NCBI GenBank assembly: GCA_010405405.1
Contig: MU004239.1
Location: forward strand, 434,001 to 498,000
Direction: 5' to 3'
From: Microthyrium microscopicum
Taxonomy: Eukaryota
DNA length: 64,000 nt
Shown here in pieces: positions 34,536-48,612 of the stretch (position 1 is the first letter of the stretch; every line of letters starts with the position of its first letter). The notes below the pieces were generated by a model. The model did not search any database, was not told the DNA's origin, and saw only the letters and a program-made list of their open reading frames with translations. The translations under genes and the position numbers were made by a program.

Positions 34536-37500
34536 TAGTAGTTAAATAGATTAGTTTTATTAATAAAAAGTAATTAAAAGTAATATATTTATTATATAAG
34601 TTTATAGTAATAGTAAAAGTAAGTAGTAAAGTAGTTAATAGATTATAGAGTATAAATAAAGTAGTAGTAAAATATAGAAAGTAGAATATAAATAACAATA
34701 TAATATTAAGTAGAAATATAATATAAAAGTAAGTAAATCTTTTAAAAAGATAATTATAAAATATAATTTTAGATTTATTAATTATTAATAATTAGAATTA
34801 GGTGTTTTAATTAGTTTATATATATTTAAAATAGTATAGATATATAGTAAGTAGATAAAAGGAATACTATCTAATAGTTTATAACTTATAAGTTATAATT
34901 AAGTAAATTAAGCTAGCTTTTAAAACTTTAATATAATAAGATTTATAATTTATAAAACTAGACTTAGATAAGAATAAGGCTAGTAGCTAGTATAGCTATA
35001 TAGGTCTAGTATTATAAGCCCTAGTAATATAGTTTTTATTATAGAATTAATACTATACTATTAAGTAATCTAATATAATCTATTTATAAACTATTTTAAA
35101 GTAAAGTTTAAAAGTAAAGATTTAAAAGTAAAGAAAACTAATCAAAAAATTATTATAAGGTAAATATTAAATTCCTAAAATAGATTTATATATATATAAA
35201 TCTTATTTATTATCTTTTAGCTACGCTAATGGGCTATATAGACACTACTCTTACTTTTAGAAAAACCCTTATAGAGAAACCTATAGTATTCCTTTAGTTA
35301 CCTTCTAATAGCTTTATTCTATTATTATTATAATACCCTCTTAGTCTACTACTTCTAAATAAAAGGACTTATATTATTTCTCTATAAACTATAAGCCTAC
35401 TAAAGGAATTCTAGTTAGTAGGTTAATATAGTAAGTAATTAGTAATTACTAACTACTAAGGGCCCTATATAGCTTAAGTATATTATATATTATATAGATC
35501 TTATACTACGCGCTAGGATCTTAATCCTTAATATTATTCTTATTACTAGTTTTTTTTTTAGGACTTATCTATTACTTAATTGCTTAAGGCTATAGTATCT
35601 CTTAGGATAGGTTAGATCTAGCTTCTTAGTACTTATTTCTATTTAGTATTACCTTATTATTAAGTTTTACTATTATAGTTTAATAAGTCCCTATTAATCC
35701 TTCTTTTCCTAAGAGTTTATGGCTATTATCTTTATATAGTTAACTTTCTATATAGTTTTATAATAGGCATATATAATATATATTTCTAAGTTTTCGTAAT
35801 TAATTTTTGCCCTTAATAGGCTTTAGTATTATTATAGCTCTTAGCTATATTAAGCCCTCTCTTTTAATGCCTATTAAGTAGAGTATTTATAATATCTCTT
35901 AGCTAAGTTTTCTTTATTAATCTATACTCTTTAATACTATATAATAAGCTACTAAATAGCTACCTCTAAGTTTTTAGTAGTCTATATAGTCTATCTCTAG
36001 AGTATAAAGTATTTTAAATTTACGTAGTTTTAGTTACTTCTTTCTTTTTAAGTTTTTATTATACTTCTTACTCTCTTTAATTCCTCTTCTAAGGGTAAGT
36101 CCTTTATAGGCTTCTCTTTCTCCTCTCTTTCTTACCTTTAGGTACTTAGTAAACGTCTTATACTTATAAGTACTCTTTTTTTATTATTTTTAAAGAAGGT
36201 AAAAACTACTCTATCTATAGACGTTAAAAATACTACTTTATCTTTAAATATAAAATTAGCTAGTTCTATCTTAGCTTCTATTATAAGTCTTTTAGTATTT
36301 TTTTATATATAGTATTAACTATTATAATATAGACTATATACGTTTCTAATATAAGAATCTATCTATACTATCTCTAAATGTTATATTATTATATAGAGTT
36401 ACTTAATAGTAAGTACCTAGTTAGTCTTAATATATTTACTATAATAATTACCTATATTTATAGTTAAGCTAGCCTTAGTTAATATTCTTACTCTTATTAT
36501 AAAGAGTAATATTCTAAGTATAAGGCTATAAGTATATCCTTACTTTTAATCTTCTACCTTTTCTAATATTATAGTAAAGTACTAGTAGAGTTAAAAAAAT
36601 AGGGTAAGTACCTTTAATATACCTTTAATAAAGTAATAGCTAACCTAGTTAACTCTTATTAAGATATTAAGGAGTACGTATTATTAGGTATAAATAAAAA
36701 GGCTACTAAGTAAGTAGAAGTTATAAAGAGTTTAGTAAGTAAGTTTATTAGCTATAGAGCCTAGTTTGCTTTTACTATAGCTTTACTAGTATAGTAAAAG
36801 AAGAAGAAGCTAAAGATTAATATAGCTATACTAGCTACTAATTTAGCTTACCTATAAGCTATCTTACTAAAGCTTTATACTTAAAGCATAAAGATAGATT
36901 TATTAGTAGAAATATCCTAGTTATTAAGTAGAGTAGTAGTATTATTTAATAAAGAGTAATAAATAGATATAGAATAAAATTAATTACGTTTCTAGACTTA
37001 GCTATTTCTTTTATAATTATATATTACTAGCCTATTAGTACTATAGTATTATAGTTAGTTATTTATAAGATCCTTAAGTCTTAGTAGTTCTCTATACGCC
37101 TTAAGGTCTATTTTTATAATCTTTTTAGTTAGCCTAAATTACTAAAAAGCTCTACTTTTTAGTAGTTATCTAGCTACTACCTAAGTATTTCTTAGATTAA
37201 AGAATATATAAGCCTTATTTAGTATTATTACTTATTTTAGTAATTTTTCTTTATAATATTATAGATAGTTTAATAGTATATAGTAAATTATTTATTACTA
37301 GTAACTATATAGGTACTATAGTAAGAAGATTATTAGTACTTATATATTATATAGCTAGTTATTAAGTTTAATAACTTCTAATTATATAAGGAAGAGCGCT
37401 ATTACTTATACTTTATTAAGACTATTATAAAGCTTAATTAGTTAGTTACTTTATAATATTCTTTACGCTATAGTAATATATTACTATATCCTTATAAGCT

Positions 37501-40500
37501 ATACTTAAGTATTTATTTAGAGCTTATAGTAATATACCTTAATTAGAAATATCTCTAGCTCTAGTTTAGTTTTTACTTCTTTCTTCTTTTATAGTATACT
37601 ATCTATTAATTATATTACTTACTTATAATTAGTATCTTACTTTTACTTCGTCTTTAATCTCTTTTTTTATTACTTTAATATATTAACTCTTTAAGCTATG
37701 ATCTTAGTTATATATATCTATACTAGTTTAAGTATTACTAGGCTTTTTAGTTATTACTACTAAGGAAGTATTCTCTAGTTCTTTAGGAGGTTTACTTAGT
37801 ATACTTTAGTAATAATTTTATTTATCTTTTATATTACTATTAAGTCTTTATTCTTATTAGTATATTCCTCTACTAAAACTATAATATTTATCTAGAGTAG
37901 TTTAACTTTTGTTTCCTTATTTAATAAAGTAATAGGAGTTCTTTAGTACTCTCTTATTATCTTATAAAGTATATTATTCTAAACTACTACTAATAGTTTA
38001 TAATAATCTTTTAGTACTTTAAGGAATAATAATTCTAGACTTTATACTTATACTTTATATATAAGGGTTAGCTTAATAACTATTATATAAAGGAGCTTTA
38101 TTTTTCTAAAGACTAGTTCTTATTTTAACTATACTATTTTTAAAAGTATTACTATTTACTTAAATCCTTTAATTCTAGTCTTTTTAATATAGTTTTTCTA
38201 GTTTATTCTTTTATCTATCTATATACCTAGTACCCTAATACTCTTTAGTATAAGCTTAGTAAATATACTATCTACTATTATTATAGATTATAAGTCTACT
38301 TCTAAATAGTAGATATTCTAAGTAAAGTATATTACTTAATACTTATTAGAAGCAAACTTTACACTATATCTATTTATCTAGTTAGTATACTTCTAGTAGG
38401 CTTCTTCTAGTCTTATATAGTTCTTTTAGGTAGTATTGCCTTATATAACTAATATAGTATTATCTATAAACCTAAATCTAAAGATATTATTACTTACGTC
38501 CTAGAAGTATTCTAGTAGTTTTAATATAAAAAAGAGAAAGAGAATAAGTAAAAGAAAGGATCCTTAAAGAATTCTTATATTAGTTATTATTACTAGGCTC
38601 TAGTGCCTAGCAAATATAATTTAGGTTATATAATTAGTAGCAAAGCTTACTACTATATTAATTAGCTACTAAGGAACTCTCTTTATCTCTAGGATATAAA
38701 GAAGTCTCCTTAGATTAATATTATTATACGCTTCTTAAAGGTTAAAGCTAAGTACTAATACTATAGCTTTTACGTTTCTTTTCTATACTACCTTAATAGT
38801 ACTCCTTAGAAGCTATATTACTATTAGTATTAACTACTCTACTCTAGCCTTTATTTAGTTCTAGGGTAGTAGGTTATTATCTTCTATAAGTTAAGTAAGT
38901 CTATTAATAATAATCTTTTTAACTAACTTTATTATAGTATTCTTAAGGATAATTAGCTAATAGGCTAATAATAGTAAGTAGTCTTTCTTACTTAGCTTTT
39001 TTAGTACTAGTATATAGGATTACTTTAAGCATTTTAAGATTATACTACTTATTAGTATTTTACTAATTATAAGTACTAGTTTTTTACTAAATTTTATTAG
39101 TTTTAGATTATTACCCTCCTTTTTAAGCTACGCCTTAAGCTTAAGAGCCTTTAAAACCTCGTTTAGTATATTAATAAGTCTTATTGCCTTATAATTTAGG
39201 AGGCTACTAATTATATAATTTATCTCTTTTACTATTACTTTATAGTCTATCTTTAGTTCTAAAAATAAGATAGTATTCTCTATATTACTTAGGTCTACTA
39301 TTCTAGTTTAGAGAAAGAACTTTATAAATAGTATATTTACTTTACTTTAGTTATTATAGGTATAGTTATTATTAGTTATCTATCTAAGTACTAGTAAGTA
39401 TAAGTCTTCTTTTAGTTTACTAGCTTTAGCTTTTATCTACTTACTTATTCTCTATAAGCCTTAGTTCTTATAGCGCTTATAATCCTTTATAATCTCTTCT
39501 ATAAAAGTCTACTAAGATATTACTTTATTTTAGCGTAGAGATTTCCTTAGCTAGGTTGTAATTAATTTATATATATACTTATTTTAGTTATTTTCTATTT
39601 AAAGGTATCTTCTCTTTATATAGCGTTTTCTTTATATTAGTAAAGTAGTTATAAGTAACTATTTATATAAAGCTTATTTTAAGGGTTTTACTTTTAGGTA
39701 GTAAATCTTTAGTGCTTCTATTATTATTTTATATAGAGCCTCTATTAATATATTCTTAGTATTCTATAAGCTATTATTTATATATTTAATAAATTGTTCT
39801 ATATTTAGTTTTTATATATTATATTATACTTTTAGTATATATTTCTCTTATTCTAAAGTAAGCTAAATTAGTACTAGGATATAATCTTCTATTAGTACCT
39901 AGGTATTAATTAGGCTATAGAACTCTAGTCTTTCTTAAAAGAATTAAGATATAAACGTAAGGTTAATTATTATCTTTATTACTTTTACTCTTCTTTCTTT
40001 ACGTAACCTATAGGTTAGCTCTCTTTTTAGTATATTTAGGTAAAATTCTTATTAGATTATATTATAGAGTAAGGTATTTACTTAGGGTTTAGTAGCTAAT
40101 ACTACGCCTTTTTATTAATAGTAGTAGTAGTTAAAGTCTTCTACTAATAAGATCTCTTCTTTTATTTTATTAATTACCTTTATTAATATTAAGCGTTTAG
40201 TAATATAGTTATAGTTACTTACTACTAGGCCTTTGCTATATATATTAACGATTATTAGTATTATATATCTATATTAGAGGCGTAGTATTAAGATAAATTA
40301 ATTATAATATCTTACTTACTAGTCTTTTATATTAAGCGCCTTACTTATTATAAAGTATACTTTTAATTAATTATCTTAGTTATATACTAGAACGTAGCTA
40401 AGAAGGTAGTACGTCTTTCTTAGCTTTATAATTCCTTTAAGGTCTTAGACTACTATAATTAGTTACTTAGTATTATTTAGTAAATTAAAGAATAGTCTTG

Positions 40501-41138
40501 CTTCTCTTTTATTTAACCTCTTATAGTTATATTATATAATATTAATACTATTTATCTAAGTCTATTATTTAGATTTTACTTATTTTATTATTAGAGATTA
40601 GCTTAGAGTTATCTATAGCTTATCCTACTTTTTTATAGTTATTTTTTTATTAGTCTTTTAGGGCGCTATCTCTTATAGTTTATAAGCTATTATTATCTCT
40701 ATTAAAGTTAAATATACTTATAATTAATCTCTAAGTGCCTTAGACTAGGTTATTACGTACCTTATTCTCTATTTCTTATAATGCTAATAGTTTTTTAAGG
40801 TTCTTAGTCTCTACTTTTCTTTTCTTTATACTATTTACTATAATATATTTATTNNNNNNNNNNNNNNNNNNNNNNNNNNNNNNNNNNNNNNNNNNNNNNN
40901 NNNNNNNNNNNNNNNNNNNNNNNNNNNNNNNNNNNNNNNNNNNNNNNNNNNNNNNNNNNNNNNNNNNNNNNNNNNNNNNNNNNNNNNNNNNNNNNNNNNN
41001 NNNNNNNNNNNNNNNNNNNNNNNNNNNNNNNNNNNNNNNNNNNNNNNNNNNNNNNNNNNNNNNNNNNNNNNNNNNNNNNNNNNNNNNNNNNNNNNNNNNN
41101 NNNNNNNNNNNNNNNNNNNNNNNNNNNNNNNNNNNNNN

Positions 41139-44100
41139 ACTCTTCTTTCTCTCTAAGTTACCTTCCTATTTAGTAAGCTTATAATATAACTTATTTCTTT
41201 ATTATTTAACCTATAATATTAGGTAACTTTAAAACTAATTCCTCTTTTTACCTACTTCCTCTTCATTCGTTAATAAATAGCTAGAATAGTAGACTAAGAT
41301 TTCTCTTGCCTAATAACTACTAAACAAGATAGAAAAACGTTCTCTAAGGGCTTTACTCGTAAGAACGTAGAAGTATACTTTACGTATATTAACTAATAAT
41401 AGATAGAGCTATAGAACTACTTAGATATATCCTAGGAGGTAACTAATAATAGCTTATAATAAGTAATAGATAGCATTTTACTACTTAATAATACGCTTAA
41501 TTTATTTATCTTATAATTATATATAACTACTACTAGTTATAAATAAGCTCTATAATAACTAAATAAGTTAATTAGCAAAATTTATATACGATTAAATAAG
41601 AATACGTAATAGATTATAATAGTTTACGCTAAACTCTAAGCTTAAGTTAATAGCTAAAATAAATAGCTTACTAATATTTATACTAATAATAAGATCCTTA
41701 TATAATAAGTAAATAATACTATTTATAAGACGCTAACTTAGTAGTAGTAGTAAGAATAGAAATAACTTTAAAGAAAATTTATAACGCTTAATATAACTCT
41801 TTTTTTAATACTAGCTATACTCTTTACTAAAGAAACTTTTAACTATAGCTACTATCCTCTTTTAATTCTATAAGCTAATTCTCCTTAAACTCTAATTATA
41901 ATAGCTAGATTAGTAGCTCCTCCTTTACCTTCTCTAATAAATTCTTTAACTACCTAATATAAGCTACTTTAACTACTATTATAAAACCTCTAACTAGCTC
42001 TCCTAAACCTAGAATAATATTTATATAAGGACTTAACCCTTTATCCTAGTTTTTACTAAATAATTAAAGCGAAATTATATATTAATAAATAGATTTATAT
42101 AAATAACTATACCTAAATTTACTATATATTTAGCTAACTTATAGAAAACGCTACCTAATAAGTCCTTCCCTAGATTTAGAATTTTACTAGCTATAGTATT
42201 ATAAGTTTTAGTAAGTTTATAGAATAAATAGACCTTCTCTTTCGTAACTTATATAAAGAAATAAGAGCTTTAGCAAACCTTTAAGGAATCTAATAAGGAG
42301 GTAGAGAATAAAGAATCTTTTAGGCTAAGTTTTAGTAGTATCTTATCTATACTAGAGCATAATTTTAGGCCGCTCTTATTTAGATATAGTTCTTAGAAAA
42401 CGCTATAGATTCTAGTCTTAGGATAGCTCTAATTACTTATTTTTAATTTAATAATTTAGATACCTTTGCCTAAGAAGCTTTAAAGACCTAGAATTAAATA
42501 GTTTAAGCTTATATAAGCTATTATAACTTAAGAAGCCTAAGCGCTAAAATAAGTACTTAGTAGAGTTAATTGTCTAGAAATTAAGACCTAGACGCAATAA
42601 AAGGCGTCTAAGTTAGAGCTAGCTAAGCCTAGCGTAACTACTATAAACAAAATAATCTTTATTTTTGCTATAGCTTAGCTAATTATAAGATTTAAGATTA
42701 TAAATAAGCGCTCTAAATATTATTTAAAAGTTAGAATTCCTTTTGTAGCTAAGTTAGCTATAAACGAAAATAAGGTAGAGGAGGTACTACTAAAGGTAAA
42801 CGTCTATAGAATAATACTAGTAGATTCTAAGCTAGTACTACTAATGCTCTAGATATTCCTTAGAGTAGCTAGCTAGTAAAAGCTACTACTACTTAGCTAA
42901 GAAATAATAATCCTTATAATAATCTATATAATATTACTAATATAGAATTAGAAAACTAATAAGCTTAGATTAAAAACATAATACTAAGCTAGAAAATTAT
43001 AAAAATATTATTTTAGGATAGCATTAGAAATTCTTTACTTAAAATATAGTTATAAAACCCTTTTTAATATTTTTAATAGTAAATTAACTTTTTTTATATA
43101 TAAGCTTTATTAATAGTAGCTACTTAACTTATTCTCTTATAAGTCTTTGCTTTGTCTAAAGATGTAAACTTAAACGCATATTACTACCTTAGGTAATTCC
43201 TATTAAAGAGATAAATAGTAAAGCTAGAGAAATTTATAAAATAGTAATTATAAAGATTAATATTAAAGGCTATAAAGAAACTATTTAAGCCTTTATAGTA
43301 AAAGAGACCTTAGGCTATAATATAATCTTTAGCTTACCTTAAATAAAGAAATAGGATATTATTCTCTATATAAAACCTAAGAAGCTAGTCTTTAATAAAA
43401 TAGATTATATAGTTATAAGTCTAAAGACTCCTTAAAAGAAGTATAATTATATAGCAATTAAAGCTATAGTATTTAGGATACTTGCTTAATAAGCTAGAAA
43501 ATAGGCAAAATAGTCTTAAAAAAGCTTAATACTAATTGTATAAGTCTTTACTATAAGTCTTTACGACTTATAAAAAGCCTTTACTCTAAAGAAGTATATT
43601 AATCTTTATAGAAAGCTTTCTAAATAGTATTTAAATTACCTTAACCTCTTTTAAAGAGAGCTAGCTAATAAATAGCTACTTATCTAAGACTTTTTTATAG
43701 ACTATAAGATTAACTTAATTCTAAACGCTAATAGAAAGAAACCTTAGTTACCTTAGTAGGTATTATACTCTATAAATTAGGATAAATTACTAGCCCTTAG
43801 AAAAATTCTTAATAATCTACTAGAAAGTAGATTTATTTAAGTAAGTAACTTACTTACTAGAGCACTAGTTCTCTTCGTTTATAAAGTAGATAAATTAATT
43901 TAGTTTTATTATAACTACTACGTGTTAAATAAGTTAACTATAAAGAATTATTACCTCTTACTACTTATTTATAAGATACTAAACGCCTTAAGAAAGGTAT
44001 AATAGTTTACTAAGCTAGACGTATCTTAAGTATTCTATAAGATTTAAATATATAAAAGTAATAAGTAGAAGATAGCCTTTTAGATATAATATAGCCTATT

Positions 44101-47100
44101 TAAATAGATAGTAATACTATTTAAGTTATTAAATATTCTAAGCACCTTTTAAAGGTTTATTAACTCTACTCTTTAGAATATCTTAGATAACTACGTTTTT
44201 ATATACTTAGATAACGTCTTAATTTTTAGCTTAAGTACTAGGAAGCAATATAAAGCTTACGTTTATAAAGTCCTTAAATAGCTATAAAAAGTAGAACTCT
44301 ACCTTAATATCTAAAAGTATAAATTTATAACTACTTAGATAATATACTTAGATTATATTATTAAGGCTAGATAAGGAATCTTAATAAATTTAGTTAAAGT
44401 TAAAGTAATCTAAGAATAGAAGACTTCTAAGAATATTTATAGAGTTTAAGCTTTCTTTAGCTTTACTAACTTCTATTATAAGTTTATACTAAACTTTTAA
44501 ATAATTATAGAACCTCTTATTTAACTTACCTAGAAGGATGTTCTCTTCTTATTTAAAGACCTAAAGAGAGCTATATTTAAGGAGCTAAAATAGCTCTTTA
44601 TTACTAACTAAATACTAGCCCTATTTAACTATAATAAAGAAACTCTTATCTATACTAACTTTTCTAGTTACTCTTTAGGAGCTATACTAGTATAAAAAAA
44701 TAAGATAAGTAAGTTTTAACTAATAGCCTATTTCTTTAAAAAGTATAACTCTACTTAAAGTAACTATTTAATTTATAATAAAGAGATGCTTATAATTATA
44801 CTTACTTTAGAAGAATAGGACTTAAAGCTATAAGTAGTAAAGAAGTTTAAAGTAATATCTAATTATAAGAACTTAAAGTATTTTATAAAACTATAGAAGT
44901 TTATAGAAAGGCATATCTAATAGTTAATTAAACTTATAAAGTATAATATAATAATTAAGTATTAACTAGGTCTATAGAATAGCGTAGTAGATAGTCTCTC
45001 TTATTATAAATAAAATATGCCCTAGGACGTAGTTAATAAAAGAATTTAGGCTAAAACTTTCTAACTACTTTATACCTAAGAGAATTAATTACTTAAACTA
45101 TTATAAGCTTTACTTATCTATATTATTACTCTTTCTATAATAGTTAAAGATAAATTAGTAGAAACTTTACTAGCTAATAAAGCTCTAATTCCTAGTTTAC
45201 TACTATTAATACTAAACGTTTCTAAACTATTAATAACCTAATAGAATAAAGTAGTATAAGCTAATAATACTTATTAAGTAGCCTATTAAATAATTAAAGC
45301 TAATAGATAAAAGTTTCCTCTATTAATTATAAGTATTAAGATCTCTATTCTTAACTACTTAATTAATAGTAAGGATTACCTTTACTAGAAAGGATAACTA
45401 TAGATCCTAAATCTAGAACCTTTATAGATAGTAATACTATAAATAGCTTATATATTCTTAACCTAAGGCTATTCTAGCTATAAAGGTACTTACTAAGCTC
45501 TATAGCTATACTTCTTCTAGCCTAGAATTATAGCTAATATAAAGCATTTCGTAAAGAATTATAGTATATATAACTAATTAAAGGTTAGTTATAAGTAAAA
45601 AAGAAACTTCCTAAAGCCTTTACCTATCCTAAGCTAATAATAATAAGAACTATCTATAGATTTTATAATGAACCTTCCTCTATTAAATAAATATATAATC
45701 TTAATAGTTATTACTAATTAGCTAAATAAAAGAGTAATTTTAATCCCTCTTGCTTAAAAAAAAGCTAAAGACGTTATAGCTATTTTCTTATAATACGTCT
45801 ATTTCCTTTATAATATTCTTAACGTAATTATCTATAATTATAACTTAGTATTTATAAAAAACTTTTAAATAAAGTTCTACGCGCTACTATAGATAGAGCT
45901 ATAGCTATTAACTATATTTTACTCCTAAATAAATAGCTCTATAAAATAATAGAACTTAGATATTAAAGCTAAAGTATAAATATATATAAATTATATATAA
46001 TTAAACTAGTTCTTACTAATACTAATACTTTAACTTATACTTAACTTATAACGCTTATCTATAATAAAACTCTTATCCTTCTTTTTATTCTATAGCTTTA
46101 AAAACTTTACCTTCCTAAACTTTCCTAAGTAAGCTCCCTTATCTAAATAGAAGGATACTCTAAAAAAGAGGAAAAAAAAAGCTACTTGTATAATTTTAAA
46201 AGCTACGAAATAAGCTTAAAATACTATAACCCTTACCTAAGAAAGAATATAAAAATAAGCTAACTAAATAAGGATCTAAATACCTAAATATAAAGTTAGT
46301 AATTAGGTTTAGCTAGACTTAAAGAATACTAAGACTAAATAAGCAAAGAAAAAGTTTAATTACTATTACTCTAAGTTCTAAGTTATAAAAGTAGTAAGCT
46401 TATATATAATTATACTAAATACGCTATAAAGAACTAAGAAATTCTATATTAACCTACTTAGACTAGTAACGAATAACCTATTTCTAAGTTAAGACGCTAA
46501 TAATTCTTATCTACTACTAATCTTAGTTAAGAACTTAAATAGAGAGGAATAAGAGAAGTAGCTAGTAGAGAAGATTATAGCTAAAAAATATAAAAAAATA
46601 ATAAAGAATAAACTTTGTATAGTCTACGTTATTAAATAGGTAGGTTATTTAGATATAATAAAAGAATTAATTAATTTTATTAAATAGTTAGAAGCCTATA
46701 TAAAGTAGATAAAGAAGATAAAGTACGTATAAGATAATTATAGAAGATTAGTACTAAACTAGTCTATTCTTTAAGTATAACTAAGATTAAAAACTAGCCC
46801 TCCTATTATAGTAATTAACTCTATAGAGATATAATTAAAAGTGCTATTTATAACCTATATATAGAAACACTTTTCTTTTATCTATACTAAGACCCTCTTT
46901 CCTACTAAATAAAACTAGAAAATTATAAAAATATAAAAAAACTAAAGAAATAAGATACGCTTAATAAACCCTTACTATTAAAGAAGATAAACTTAAGTAG
47001 TACTTTAAGATATAAGAAAACTAAAGTAGATAATTAATAGTAAAGAATTCTTATTCTCTTTAGTAACCTCCTCTTTATTATTATAAGGATACTTCTTACC

Positions 47101-48612
47101 TAAGCTAATATTATTATTATAGACGTAGTTTAAATATATATTATTACGAAATCCTAAAAGCTAAACGTAACTTATATATTATAGCTAATTCTTTAAATTA
47201 GAATAGCTAACGTAATAAATATAATACTACTCTTTATAAGTCTTATTCTACTTATTTTTAGTAGAAAATTATAAAATACCTATATAATAAATACCTAAGA
47301 CTTTAAGATAACTAGCCTAGCTACTAGTTAACTAAATTGTACTAAGAAAGCTCTAACGAATTATAATACTATAAATATTAAGTTATAAATTATTAGTAAA
47401 CCCCTTAGAGGAGGCGTTTAATAAGTTAAAACGCTTATTAGAGGAGTTAAGAAGATAGTTAGTTATAATATAAAGGACCTTACTCTATAAACACTTTAGT
47501 ATAAATTAAGAAAGGCTAGAAAAATATATATAGTCTAGTTAATATAAAGTGCCTTAAATAAAGCATAGTTTTATAAATTATAGTAATTAATAACTATATA
47601 TACCTTCTTATATTAGAGAGTAGTTAATAAATAGGAACAAGAATTATAAATAATATTATTCTAATAATAAAGTAGAACTTAGTTAAGAAAGTAAAGACTT
47701 TTATTTACATTATTCTAGTAGGCCTTACGTATAGCTATCTCGTACGTAGTAGGCAAATAAGGTTAAGAAGCATTATAATTAGTAACGTATATATAAGAAG
47801 AAGTAATAGTAATAAGAATATAACTATTAAAGTTAATAGTATTATTAAAAGTATTAATAATTAGGGTAGCTATCTCTATATAGTTAGTAAAGCTATAGCT
47901 ACTATAATAAATAGCTTACTTAATTAATTAATTAATTAGGTAAGAAAGAAGAAACTTAATAAGGACTAATTAGAAGAGAAGAAGCTTATTTAAAGTATAA
48001 TAAAGAAAGAATAATTAACTCTATAAAATAATATTACTTTATATCTTCTAAATATATAGATAGAAGCATAGTAACTTAACTATAGTTATATTCTTCTAAT
48101 CTTATTCTTTAATATCATAATAGAGCTTTAACTAAGTATAAATAAGACGACCTACTAATTAAGTAACCTTTATAGAATTATAACTAAAAAGAACTAACAT
48201 TATATACTAAGAAAGGGGCCTTATACTTAGAATTTAGTCTAAAATAGGCAAAACACTAGTATGGAACTAATAGTTAACGACCTAAGCTTTATATTTCATA
48301 CTTAAAAGTAAATATATAGATTTATATATTATAAATAAAAGCTTTGTTATAAAACGTAAGAATAGTAAGCGTTAAATATAGCTAGATAAGATTAAGATCT
48401 TATAATTAACTTAGTATTTTAGCTAGAATTTTTTTAGATAGGGAGAGTAATATTAGGAGTTAAACCTCCTAAAGCTATACTTATTTAAGCTACTCCTATT
48501 ATATATAAATACCTTAATTAAAGAGTCTCTTAACTTTTCTTTCTCTCTAAGTTACCTTCCTATTTAGTAGGCTTACAATATAACTTATCTCTTTATTATC
48601 TAACCTATAATA
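41139..48612 (+). mobile_element. Ty3/Gypsy chromovirus LTR retrotransposon, RIP-degraded (start of the 5' LTR lies in the N gap)
   Basis: 5' LTR remnant 41139-41218 matches the 3' LTR. Domain order: gag zinc knuckle (~42660), protease (~43105), RT YLDNVLIFS (~44204), RNase H (YNKEML), integrase (H..HP, ELSIDF), chromodomain EK*LVEKIIA...YVIK*VGY (~46555-46650). PPT AGGGAGAG precedes the 3' LTR. Confidence 0.92.
48451..48612 (+). repeat. 3' LTR (162 bp) of the Gypsy element
   Basis: TATTAGG...CCTATAATA (RIPped TG...CA termini). Its last ~80 bp are nearly identical to 41139-41218. Contains TATATAAA at 48502. Confidence 0.85.
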
